Positions 49,682 to 62,210 of a DNA stretch of 64,000 bases are shown piece after piece; positions within the stretch are counted from its first letter, which is position 1, and every line of letters starts with the position of its first letter. The notes below the pieces were generated by a model. The model did not search any database. It was not told the origin of the DNA and saw only the letters and a program-made list of their open reading frames with translations. The translations under genes were made by a program, and so were the position numbers. The DNA comes from Takakia lepidozioides (lineage: Eukaryota; Plantae; Bryophyta): contig CM060731.1 in the NCBI GenBank assembly GCA_030704615.1, forward strand, positions 6,696,001-6,760,000, given 5' to 3'.

Positions 49682-52600
49682 ATGACGGCACCTGCAGAGG
49701 TGGGGAAATCGAAACTGGAGCGGGTGGTTGCGCCGGCCTTGGACAAAGTGGTAAAGAATGCAGCATGGAGGAAACATGGGAAGCTGGTGCAGGACAGCAA
49801 GGCTGCGTTGGAAAAGCTGTCGTCCAACGATTTAGAAGCTTCCGCCAGTGGGCTCGAGAGCCCCTTGTATGAAGAAAATGGTCTGTGCTACAGTAGTGCG
49901 CAGGCGGAGCTTATCCTGCAGCCTTTACTGGGTGCCTGCGAAACTGCGTATCCTAAGGTGGTGGAGCCGGCTCTTGATTGTCTCCAGAAGCTTATCGCAC
50001 ATGGTCACCTGCGTGGTGAAATGGATACCCTCACTGCGGAAAGCAAGCTGCTGTTGCAGGTCTGTTTCTTTGGCCGTAAGATTGAATGGAATTGCAAGAC
50101 TTGTCCTGTTAGCCTTCTTGCACTGCTAGTGCTGGCTGATCGCATATCTGGTTTCGTTGTAATTGTATCTGAAAGAAACTGGGGTCCAGGTAATGGAAGC
50201 GGTGTGCCGATGCTATGATATGGCGGATGAGGGCATCGAGCTGTTGGTCCTCAAGACGCTTCTGTCGGCTGTCACCTCAACCTCGCTGCGCGTGCATGGT
50301 GACTGCCTGCTCAAGGCTGTCCGCACTTGTTACAATGTGTTTCTCGGCAGCAAGTCCCCGGTAAATCAGACCACGGCAAAGGCTTCATTGACTCAAATGC
50401 TTGTGATCGTGTTCCGGCGCATGGAGGCGGATTCATCAACCGTGCTAGTGCAGCCTATAGTCGTAGCGGATCTCATGGAACCAGCCGAACGCTCAAATTC
50501 TGACGTAAATGTAACGCAGTTTGTACAAGGATTCATTACGAAGGTTGTTCAAGATATTGAAGTCGTGCTTACCCCAGTGCCCGCCCTAAAGTCCATGCGA
50601 CATGATGGAGCATTTGATGCGACAGCCACGGAAAGCAGCAGTTCTTCGGATATCCTGGAGTCAACTGACAAGGATATGCTGGATGCCAAGTATTGGGAGA
50701 TTAGTATGTACAAGAATGCACTAGATCAGGGTCGGAAAAGTGACATGACTGATCCCGAAGGAGACAAAGATGGGGATCTGGAAGTGCAAATTACTAATAA
50801 GCTGCGACGGGATGCCTTTCTGGTGTTTAGGGCTCTCTGTAAGCTTTCCATGAAGAATTCACCTCAAGAGGGTACAGATCCATTCTCTATCCGAGGGAAA
50901 ATTATAGCATTGGAGCTCTTAAAAATTTTGCTTGAGAATGCTGGAGCAGTTTTTCGCACCAGTGACAGGTATGTCTTGTTTGTTTGTGTTTGATGTTTCC
51001 TGGCCCAATGGTACACTACCATCAGGATAATTTTTCTGTGTGTCAGCTTTGTGTGGGATATGGAAAGCATGCTGGGTGCCAGGGAAGATGTATTGAGGGC
51101 ACCCCCTTCAATAATAAGTGCTGCTACCAACTGCACCGACATCTCCAATTTCCTTTGGGTGCTGTTGCAACACCACAAGCTTCTTTCTTGTGGTTTTTTA
51201 CTGACTTATGTGTTTTCATCAAGATCAACCCCTCTCCCAGTCTTTCAACACACTTTGCTACAAAACTAGGTCTTCTTGATGCTACAAGCTTCATGTTGTG
51301 TTTGGTTAGGGTACGGAGAATGCTGGAGTAGCCATGCACTTAAGATTGTCATAGAACTGAGATTCCAACTTACAGAGTAGCACGTGTGGTTATTTATGTC
51401 TGGGGTTCATAATGGATTTTTCTATTCAATCAGTCTATGGGGTTTACGGTGTCAAAGAATTTAAGCAGGTTTGTCTGTGGATTGACCTTCAGAATGGACA
51501 TTTCCATGGTGGGTGTGGCAGATTCTTGGGGGCTATCAAGCAGTACCTATGTCTTTCATTATTGAAGAACAGCGCATCATCGCTGATGAATGTTTTCCAG
51601 TTATCATGCTCCATCTTTATGAGCCTTGTTTCAAGATTCAGGGCTGGACTGAAAGCAGAAATTGGGGTGTTTTTCCCCATGATCGTGCTTCGAGTGCTCG
51701 AAAATGTGGCACACCCTAATTATCTGCAAAAGATGATAGTTCTTCGATTCTTGGAGAAACTAAGCGTGGATCCTCAAATTCTTGTTGACATCTTTGTGAA
51801 CTATGACTGTGATGTGGATTCATCCAATATCTTTGAAAGGTGCTCCTTCTACCTTCTCATAGAAGCTTGGTATTATAACTTCTTGCTTGAGATTTTTTTG
51901 TAGGCTCAAAATGGTGGTTGCAGTAGTGAGGACGAAGTGAGTCAGTGGCTCACAGAGGGAATGGGGCAGGATGGTGAATGGTCTGCTGAAGACTGCACAA
52001 GGAGTGCCCCCAGGTGCAGAAAGCAGCTTGAATCCAGTGCAGGATGTAGGGCTGAAGCTGGCCGCCATAAAGTGCCTGGTTGGAGTGTTGCGCTCCATGG
52101 GTGACTGGATGAATCGTCAACTTCGCCTTACAGATTCTTCTCCTTATCTTAAGTCCTCTGATGGCGATGACACCTCAAATGATGCTGCTAGTTCTCTCTT
52201 GGGGCTAGCTCTTGGTTCTGAAGCTGGGGAAGAGAGTGTGGAGGGCAGTGGTAGTGGTGAAAGTCGTCCAGAAGAGACGTCAGAAGCAGCCACTTTTGAG
52301 CAGCGGCGTGCTTACAAACTAGAGTTTCAGGTGAGGTCATTCTGTGGACCTTGACAAGTCTGATGGCTATTCTGTCATTTCATGAAAGTCTTGCCACTGG
52401 TGAGGGTTAGGGCCGCCATCTTGATCTTTGTTCTGATGTTTTCAAATAACAAAAAGTGAGGATCTGCAGGAAGGCATTTCTTTGTTCAATAAGAAGCCAC
52501 GCAAGGGTATTGAGTTTCTAGTGAAGTCCAACAAAGTGGGCGAATCCGCTGAGGATGTTGCCAGTTTCTTGAAGAACGCGACTGGGTTGGACAAGACAAT

Positions 52601-55600
52601 GATTGGCGACTATTTGGGAGAGAAGGAGGATTTTGCATTGAAGGTAATGCGTGCATATGTGGATGCCTTCAATTTTCAAGGCATGGACTTTGATGAGGCT
52701 ATCAGGATGTTTCTTTTGGGCTTCAGGCTTCCTGGGGAGGCCCAGAAGATTGACCGGATTATGGAGAAGTTGGCTGAGCGGTATTGCAAGTGTAACCCTA
52801 CAGCTTTCACCAGTGCTGACACTGCTTATGTTCTAGGCTACTCTGTCATCTTGCTCAACACTGATGCTCACAACCCCATGGTAAAAGTCAAGGTCAGTAT
52901 TTTTCACCTTGCCTGATGTGCCGTTCTTTGCCTCTTGTTGTCCTTGTGCTCTACAGAAATGCAGTATGAGTCAGTGAGCAGACCACTGGCAGGAAGTGGG
53001 TAGAGGTGGATCTCATCATATAGTTCTGTGGTGTTGGCAGATGTCCAAAACAGAGTTCATTCGAAATAATCGTGGGATTGATGATGGTAAGGACTTGCCG
53101 GAAGATTTTATGTTGGGATTGTACGACCGCATTGTCTCCAATGAAATAAAAATGAAGGAAGATACAGTGTTACCCAATAAGCCTGCCAATGTCAACCGAA
53201 TGCTGGGGTTGGACACCATACTCAATATTGTTGTCCGGAAGCCACGGGAGGAATCGAAGGTAATGGAGACTAGTGATGATGTGATTCGGCACATGCAGGA
53301 GCAGTTCAAAGCCAAGGCTGGAAAATCTGAGTATGTGGTCATGCACTTAATATTGCTTTTTCTTGGTTGGAAGCGATGACTCTTACATGCACTGTTACCA
53401 TGGATGCAACATCAGTAGTCCTAGGTGCCTTGTGATGTGCACTTACTGCTTCATGTGGTCGGAACCTATATATTAGTCATCATTTTCTCTATCAAGTTTT
53501 ATGCCAAACATAAGTTCAAACTGGGTGCACAGATCGATATACTATGCAGCGTCAGATGTGGAGCTGTTGAGGCCTATGGTGGAAGTGACTTGGGCTCCAA
53601 TGCTGGCAGCATTCAGTGTGCCCCTGGACAAGAGTGAGGACGAGGTGGTGACTTTCCAGTGCCTCGAGGGTTTTCGCCATGCTGTCCACATCACAGCTGT
53701 GTTGTGCATGCGTACACAGCGTGATGCATTTCTTACGTCCCTTGCCAAGTTCACTTCCCTCCATTCTGCTGCTGACATCAAGCAAAAGAACATCGATGCC
53801 ATCAAGGTGTGCCCAGCTCTGTTTCCCCACAGCTTGCAGTACCAGACAATTCCCAGAAACCTAAAATATCCCAGTACACGAGTTTTGATGCAAATTGGCC
53901 TTAGTACAGTTCAGTTGAACCCTTGTCTCTAGTTACATTCTGCTTACCCTGCAGCTTCTGGATTTCGATATATTGGAAGTGTAATTCTGGCATGGATGTT
54001 TTGATTTGTGCTGCCAAAGTCCCTCCACATGGTAACCATCTTAAATATACTAAGTTGTCTAAAAGGGACCTCAACCTTTGACTAAAAATTGAGGCATTAT
54101 AGGGTGTCACTATCCTTTTCTGGACTGCACAGTCATTAACTGGGATGTTCCTGTGCCCCTTTGTGGCCCAGTCACCCTTCTACATGGGCTTAATGTGCAA
54201 GTGCAGCAATTTTTAGTGTCGAGGATCAAAGCTGAGTTTTGAAGGACTCAGATTGTTGCCACTATTACACTGAGAAAGTATTTTGGACTATAATGGTTGT
54301 GGGTTAGGAAGTCAGTGAGTGAATTCTGCTGTCAATGACAAGATTAAAAGTTGCTTGTAAGTTTATAGTAAGGGGGCATGGTGTCTGCAGGCAATTATCT
54401 CTATCGCCGACGAAGATGGCAACTACTTGCAGGATGCTTGGGAGCACATATTAACATGTGTCTCACGTTTTGAGCATCTGCACCTGATAGGAGAGGGTGC
54501 ACCACCGGATGCTACTTTCTTTGCTGCACCACAGAGTGAGGCTGAGCGGAGACAGTCACTCAAGTCACCGGTGCTACCCGTGCTACGGCGCAAGACACAA
54601 GGGCGGTTGCAGTATGCAGCTGCTGCAGCACGGCGCGGCTCCTATGACAGTGCTGGTGTTGGTGGTGGATCAGCAGGCGTTGTTACGACCGAGCAGATGA
54701 ACAATCTTGTATCTAATCTCAATATGCTAGAGCAAATAGGAAGCTTTGAGGTGAATAAGATTTTTACTCGGAGCCAAAGGCTCAATAGTGAAGCAATTGT
54801 GGATTTTGTGAAGGCCCTGTGTAAGGTGTCTATGGAGGAGCTACGGTCTCCAAGTGACCCTCGGGTGTTCAGCCTCACCAAAATCGTGGAAATATCGTAA
54901 GTGGCACACCACGAATGTAGCCTCAGCTTTTCATATAATTGACTGTTATTGTGTATCTCTTTCTAGCAGTCCAGAACTTTGTACAGTACTCTTTTTGGGA
55001 TAGTTTAAGGTTTAACTTTCCACTGTTTGGATTTCGCTCTAAATTTTTTAGTAGTTGCAGGAAGCTTCACACTCTGAGAAAGCATCCATACTCTTCATGA
55101 GTTTCCATGTCAGTTTATAAATCTGTCTTCAGAATTGTTGAGTGCAGATGTTGAGTAGCGAGATTTGAACTGCTTTACCTTGATGACTTGTGCAGGCATT
55201 TCAACATGACTCGCATTAGGCTTGTGTGGTCGCGCATGTGGAGTGTCTTGGCTGACTACTTTGTCACAGTTGGGTGCTCTGACAACCTTTCAGTTGCTAT
55301 GTACGCAATGGATTCTTTGCGACAGCTTGCAATGAAATTTTTGGAGCGGGAGGAGTTGGCGAATTATAATTTCCAAAATGAGTTTATGAAGCCCTTTGTG
55401 ATTGTAATGCGAAAGAGCAGCTCTGTGGAGATTCGAGAGCTGATAATTCGCTGTGTCTCCCAAATGGTATTTGCTCGTGTCGGTAATGTGAAATCAGGCT
55501 GGAAAATCATGTTTATGGTAAGCCTCATCCAGTCCTCTGTGTGAACCATTTGGCATGCAGAAATCTTGGAGTCCATGGATGATGAGTTGCCCTCCAAAAT

Positions 55601-58200
55601 ACGAGTGTGTGACATGTACTGTTTTGGAAGTGCCAAGGTTGGGTCAGTTCTCATAGTGTTATGTGGTTTGGCAGCCGGATAAGTAACATAGCATGTGGGA
55701 TGAATTGTGCATGATATATTGTGGTTATTCCAAGGTCTTTATCAAGACATGTACTTGGCAGCAGGAACTCAAATGTTATAGGATGTGGGGGTTCCCTTTT
55801 TCATCCTTCTCCTGAGGAAGATTGCATATTGATTGCTAGTGGTCTCGTGGGACTGCCTATAAACTGGTGGATTATCATTAGATTAGCACCTGATGGTTAG
55901 AGGACATGTTCTTTCCTTGACATGCGCAGGTATTCACCACAGCTGCCACAGATGAGCACAAGTCAATTGTGCTCCTGGCTTTCGAGACCATAGAAAAGAT
56001 TGTTCGAGAGTACTTTCCGTACATCACAGAAACGGAGACTACCACTTTCACCGACTGTGTGAACTGCCTGATTGCTTTCACCAACAGCAGGTTCAATAAG
56101 GATGTGAGCCTCAATGCTATTGCTTTTCTTCGTTTTTGTGCTCTCAAGCTAGCAGAAGGCGAGCTCGGTGCCTCTGCTCGCTACAAGGATACCAAGGCTA
56201 CCAAGTCTGCTTCCTCGTCTCCTCAGCAGGCCATGGCTGAGTCTCCGACCTTCACTGACAAAGACGACCATCTATATTTCTGGTTTCCATTACTTGCAGG
56301 TCAGTTTGCGGCTTCATGTGCATAAGTCTTTGTTCAGGGGGTAAGATTGGTGAGTGTTCGAGGAGGTGCAGTGCTATCCTTGTCCCCACTTATTATTCAG
56401 CCTCATGGTCAAATCCTGCATCCTTGGTACCACCATTGTTCAAGATCCACCTGTGACATGTACTTCTAAGATAGTATATCATGAGAATAGCTAATTGAAT
56501 CTGCAGAGGTTCTAATCAAAATATGAAACTTTGTGATCACTTTGAAAAGACACAAGATGCTACTGGTTTTTGCAGGGTTATCGGAGCTTACGTTTGATCC
56601 TCGGCCTGACATCCGAAAAAGCGCACTGGAAGTTCTATTTGATACTCTTCGGTTTCATGGTCATATGTTTTCTCCTGGCCTTTGGGAAAAGGTGTTCGAC
56701 TCAGTTCTCTTTCCCATTTTTGACTACGTTCGTCGTGCCACTGAGCCTGCTGTGCAAATGCAGCAAGACGCCAACTCAGAGAAGGAACAGGCTGAGCTAG
56801 AGATGGATGCGTGGCTCTATGAGACTTGCACTCTAGCCCTGCAGTTGGTTGTGGACCTATTTGTGAAATTCTACCCAGTGGTTTGTCCTTTGCTTGACAG
56901 AATTTTGTCATTGTTGACTGGGTTTATCAAGCGACCTCATCAAAGTCTGGCTGCAATAGGCGTGGCGGCTTTTGTTCGGTTGATGGGTAATGCAGGGAAT
57001 CTTTTCTCTGATGAGAAATGGCACGAAGTGCTTGTGGCACTACATGAAGCTGCTTGCGAGACTCTTCCTGACCTGGCAAAACTTGTGCAGAGTACTCAGG
57101 AGGAGCAGGCAAGCCGCATGGCACGGCAGTCTGTCTCCTTTCATGAGAACCCTGATAACATAGACGGAAGTGAGACTCATGCCTTGCATCTCCTTCTTGC
57201 GGATATCAAATGTCGCACTGCTGTGCAGCTTCTCCTGGTCCAGGTACTCTCTCTTCCTCTCTCTGATGAAGTCAGCATGCTCCAAAGCAGCTAATGTGGC
57301 TGTTCGGGGTGAGTTTGGCATCCCTCCCTTAACCTCTCGACGAGATGAATTCGAGGTCAGATGGTGGGGTCAGCTGCAACGTACGACTAATACCAGATAT
57401 CCTAAGTTAATCAACCTTTGCTACGTCCTTTGGCAAACTGCCGTCAGGGGCATGTATAGTAAGATGGTCTAGCTGAATTTTTCTGTGGTTTCTATGAAGG
57501 ACATGCCTGATCAGTTCATGTTCTTGAGTTTCTTTACCACAAAATAGGCTTCCTGTCTGTGGATGTGAGGTATATATATATGCTGAAGGGACTTTGTGTG
57601 GGAGGGGAACAGGCAATGACTGAGATGTACAATACACATGGAGTGCAGCTATCAGCCCCCAATACAATGCAGCTGCTGGACACACTGCACACAGTGGCAG
57701 GCCATGCGCACAAGGTCAACGGTGACCATCTGTTGCGGCAGCAATTGCAGGAGCTGCGGCTCATGCCTGACCCACCATTGCTGCGTTTGGAGAGTGAGGC
57801 ATACCAGGCATATCTGACCATGCTGCAGCACCTTCCTCTGGATAAACCCAGCCTTGCTAAAGATGTGGAAGTAGAGACACGGCTGGTTGAACTCTGTGAG
57901 GAGGTGCTGCTCTTGTATGTCTCCACATCCACTGCAACTGCTGTACCAACCCAAAAGCCTCACTGGCTGGTGCCACTAGGCTCTGCAAGGAGGCGTGAGT
58001 TAGTGGCACGTGCTCCGCTTGTAGTAGCAACTCTTCAGGCTGTCAGTGGCCTCAAGGATGCCTCCTTTGAGCGATATCTGGTGCGTTTCTTTCCCCTGCT
58101 GGCGGGGCTCATTAGCTGTGAACATGGATCTGGGGAAGTGCAGTTGGCACTGAGTGACATGTTCAGCAACTGGATTGGTCCTATCCTGTTGCAAACATGA
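49682..58200 (+). CDS. BIG2: brefeldin A-inhibited guanine nucleotide-exchange protein (BIG-type Sec7 ARF-GEF, BIG2/BIG3-like), 1758 aa
   Basis: Exons 49682-50059, 50190-50968, 51522-51839, 51970-52330, 52470-52892, 53041-53330, 53533-53806, 54391-54896, 55196-55517, 55930-56299, 56576-57243, 57613-58200; 5277 bp in frame. DCB, HUS box VNYDCD, Sec7 FRLPGEAQKIDR, HDS domains. Confidence 0.96.
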
Positions 58201-59504
58201 CTCTCTTATGTGGAGAGGGTTTCTTCTCTGTCTGATTATCTGTGACTTTGCATGTAGATCGGATTTGAGCTCCCCCATCTGGGCGATGTCTATATCTGGT
58301 ATAACGGAGGTAGTTGAAATTGATACTTGGGCAGAGTTGTCTGGAGCTGTCAAATTTGGCCTTTTTAACTAAACCAATTTTTATGGGATCTTCAGAAATA
58401 AAGACTTGTAGTGTAGAGCCTAGCATGAATTCTTTCCCGGAGAAAGCCATTAGAGATCTTTTTTTAACATGCCTAACCACTGCAATTCTGCAGCTTGATT
58501 TCAAGGAGTGGAAAAAAAAATTCTCTCTAAACAGCAGGCTACGGCAAACAATGTATTATGAGTACATTCTCTCTAAACAGCATTTATTTTTTGTGTGTGG
58601 CCAACCTTGTGTGGAGTATTGGCCTTCCCTTCGAAAACGTTCAAAGGGCATGCAAACTAGCATCAAGTTGCAGCTCGCTTCCTGTATAATGTACTACCAA
58701 TTAGTGGTACTAATCGCCACAATGATCTCTGGCAGTTGTACAATTTGGGAATTCCGGTCTAAGGGGAGGGGGAATTAATCATTCATTAGGCTATAAAGCT
58801 GGCAAACTGCAAGTGATCAAAGGAAATGACTAAAACAGGTTTTGAGAGGAAAAAGACCGATTGCACAATGTGGTAGCCCAAATGTGAATGCAAATCAGCT
58901 ACATGTAATATTATCTTAAGGGAATAGGGCCCACCCTGAGCTGGGCGAAGTGGCTCTTGGTTAAGTTGGCTTTGTCCCGAGTCTTCTCTCTCTAATAATT
59001 AGGGCCAACAAATGGTGAATTGGAGCAATCCCAACTTGCCTTTGAGAGAGATCCCAAATCTATTTCAAAGGTCTCTTTGAGGGTAGGCTTGTAGCTTCTC
59101 CTTTTACATTAGTTGGTCCTATCAACTTCATTGGAGTTTAGATTGTTTGTTTACAACTCAATGGCATTAACATGGTAAGCATTTCATTGGACTCCACCTC
59201 TATGCCAAGCCCTTCACACTAGCTGGCAATTTGGCTTCACAATGTTGCAAGTCAAAAGCTATATGTTTACGGTCCATCTAGGTCATCTAGGTCATTTTAT
59301 GGTCATCTAGGTCATTTTATGCCAACAAATTGCCTTCTCAATCTTGGATAACACCAAGGGAGGAACTTTGGTTGATTATCTTACGGAAGGTTGACACGTT
59401 TTTCTATTTGGCTCACTTCAATTTCTTCAAAGTTGCATTGCACTATTTTAAGGGAGGTAATTGGTAAATAGAACCTTTCCAAAGATTGTTGAAAATTTGA
59501 AATA

Positions 59505-60915
59505 CCTTAGTGGGATAGCCGGTTAGGCAGAAATTAAATCGAAAAAGAAGTGCCTAATCCAAATAAATGATTTGCCTAATTTTAAAACAATTCTCTAAAA
59601 ATGCTAATGGTTTAAAACTTTGAATTTAAATTTTAAAAAACAAATAGAAAAATAGAAAAATAATCTTAAAATAATATTCAGTTTTGATGCTTGTACTAAC
59701 TCCAGATAACCTCCATTGGTCCTTGCGCTGACTCAACTATCTCATCGTAGGTTGCCTCGTATCCCTCGTGCTATCAACTACAATGAGATCAAGATAAATG
59801 TCCAGGACATTTTCCATAACAAGATCCCTTTCCAAGATATCATCGGAGGTGGCAAACAAGTCGCAAAATTAGCTCTCATAGCCTCTCCCTGAAACATGTG
59901 TTCGAATGCACGTAGAATGCCACATTGGACACAATCATCTTTGTATGACGTCCAACATGATACCAAGCCTCCCACAACCAAAGAGCTACCCACTCACGCA
60001 TCTTGGATACCTATGTAATCACCTTCACCTCCGCGGCTCGAACACCCGCCTGTAATTGGCTTTGGTGATGATACCTTTACAGAGGTATAGTCTGAAAATG
60101 AGGGTTTTGTTTGGTATACTAACAAAGGTATAGTCTGAGCTGATTAGGGTTCACATATGGTGATACCTCTACAGAGGTATAGTAAAACGGACAAGCTTCT
60201 GTTTGGTATACTAACAGAGGTATAGTCTCACATGAGGGTTCATATATGGTGATACCTCAACAGAGATATTGTCAAAGGGACAAGCTCATGTTTGGTATAC
60301 TAACAGAGGTATAGTCTGAGCATACACTACTAGGGTTTGTAATGAAGACCTAGAATGCAAGTCTTTGACTTCTATGCTTCTACTCAAGCAAAAATATGGT
60401 CTCTAGGTGGTGATAAGAGGCATCTTCTTGCTCTCTTCCACCTATTTCCAAAGCATACCACTTCTTGAATTGCTCTGCAAATGAACACTTCAAAGGTCGT
60501 TGTAATATCACATTAGCAGGTTGTAGCTTGGACATGCAATTGGAAGGGATGAATAACACACATATATTTGGGTGGTTTTCTCACATGTATGTAGTAAGCT
60601 CTGTCGACCTATGCACGCTCCAACAATCGATCAACCATATCATTTTCTGAGAAGAAAGCAATCCCAGGGAGAGGCTGAGTTTTCATTTAAAACATCATCC
60701 ATGGACTCAGTTTTCAATTTCATCCATGGCAGCGGCTGTGTTTTGATATTTTTGTATTTTTATTTTGTGGTCATTATTTTTAGTTGCCTAATTTGAAAAA
60801 AATTACACATCCAAGATGCCTAATTTTTAAAAAAATCTCAAAAGTGCCTAACTGCCAAGATTCCCCAAAAATAATTATTAGGCAGGCAAGTGCCTCACCG
60901 GCTATCCCACTACGG
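59505..60915. mobile_element. non-autonomous Tc1/mariner-type element
   Basis: TIR CC(T/G)TAGTGGGATAGCCGGT(T/G)AGGCA at both ends, TA on both flanks. Confidence 0.8.
60063..60322. repeat. ~90-bp tandem repeat built from ~45-bp halves
   Basis: acagaggtatagt-like core about six times. Confidence 0.8.
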
Positions 60916-61883
60916 TATATTGCTTTCAAATCCATAACCGGACTGACCACTCACAAATCAGGCCCCTAATTATAGCGAGAGGAGACAATTAGGAGAATAC
61001 TATACTCACCCAATGAGTTGAATGCAAGCGTGGGAACACCGGTACGGTCACGGTGGTCGCCGGGAAGGCCATACCGGCACTCTATAAGGCTCCCTAAATA
61101 ACCTCATCAAAAAAGGTATCTTGGTACAATGGATGTTATTTATGCGTATCTATTTTTTTGAGATACCTTTTTTGAAAATATTAGACTGACTATAGTCGGT
61201 CATCCATAATGGGATGATCGGTTAGAGCCGGTCATCCAAGTGTGTGGTCGAAGCGTCATAAATAAGTATGATTCAAAATACACATATACGCCAAAAATTC
61301 ATTATGACCAACCTTGTATACACACTTTTTAGGTTAGATATTAATGGCATTTCATCTTGCATCATCCATGTCCAATGGCGATTGCTAATGATACATGCTT
61401 GTTTTCATCCAACTTAAAAGCCATCATCCTTAAATATTAATCATCATGTTTAATGTGTTTAATGCGTCCAAGACCAATTAAAATAAGCCCAAGCCTACTA
61501 ACTCTCACTATACTACACTAACACATAGACTAATATGAGAGTTTCTCATGTAGTTCTAGAATGTTATGAACCGTCGCTCCGGGTGTTTCCCTTCTTTTTT
61601 TTTAAATTAAAGAAAAAAAAAATGCATCATCGTCAGCCATATTTTGAAGCTGCCTGAAAAATTCAAATTATGAAAATCATTTTTGTTTGTTGGTGCTGTT
61701 GGTTGAGCCATTTGTTGTTTGATAATTGTCCTGATATTGGCACTTGTCCAATTCATATTGTGGTCATTGGACACTTGTAGTAACCGAAGTTACTGTTAAA
61801 CTACTTCCCACTATCCATGTCCCTCCAAGAAGCCATCCAAGCCCACTGCATGATCCTCCTAAACAGACACATTTGTCAGCCAG

Positions 61884-62137
61884 TGATGCAAGGAGTAGTA
61901 ACCCCGAGAACGGTGCAAACCCGTTGGTGACCAAAAACTAGTGAGTAAGCGAGCGAGCCGGAAAGCGACCAAAGAGTGGGGAGCTGTTCCGGACTGCCAT
62001 CTACCAAAGGGAATTCCTCTAGGCCCAAATAGGTGGAGGGTTTAGTGGGAAGCGAAGGGGGGACCGTTATGTCCCGGTGAGCAGCCGAAGCTCCAAGTTG
62101 GTCCGGCGGCCAGGTTGGGAGTCAGGCGCGCGCATCA
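61884..62137 (+). repeat. putative 5' LTR (254 bp)
   Basis: TGATGC...GCATCA terminal inverted hexamer directly upstream of gag. Confidence 0.65.
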
Positions 62138-62210
62138 AAGCGAGTAACTATGACTTGAAGGGGAGCTTACCGAAGTGAGGTACGCGATCGTCTTTGGGAT
62201 TGGCCTCATC

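Noticed and set aside
62142-62155. rRNA gene fragment or R2-type insertion site
   Set aside because: The match is only 14 nt with no flanking rDNA; kept only as a primer-site hypothesis.
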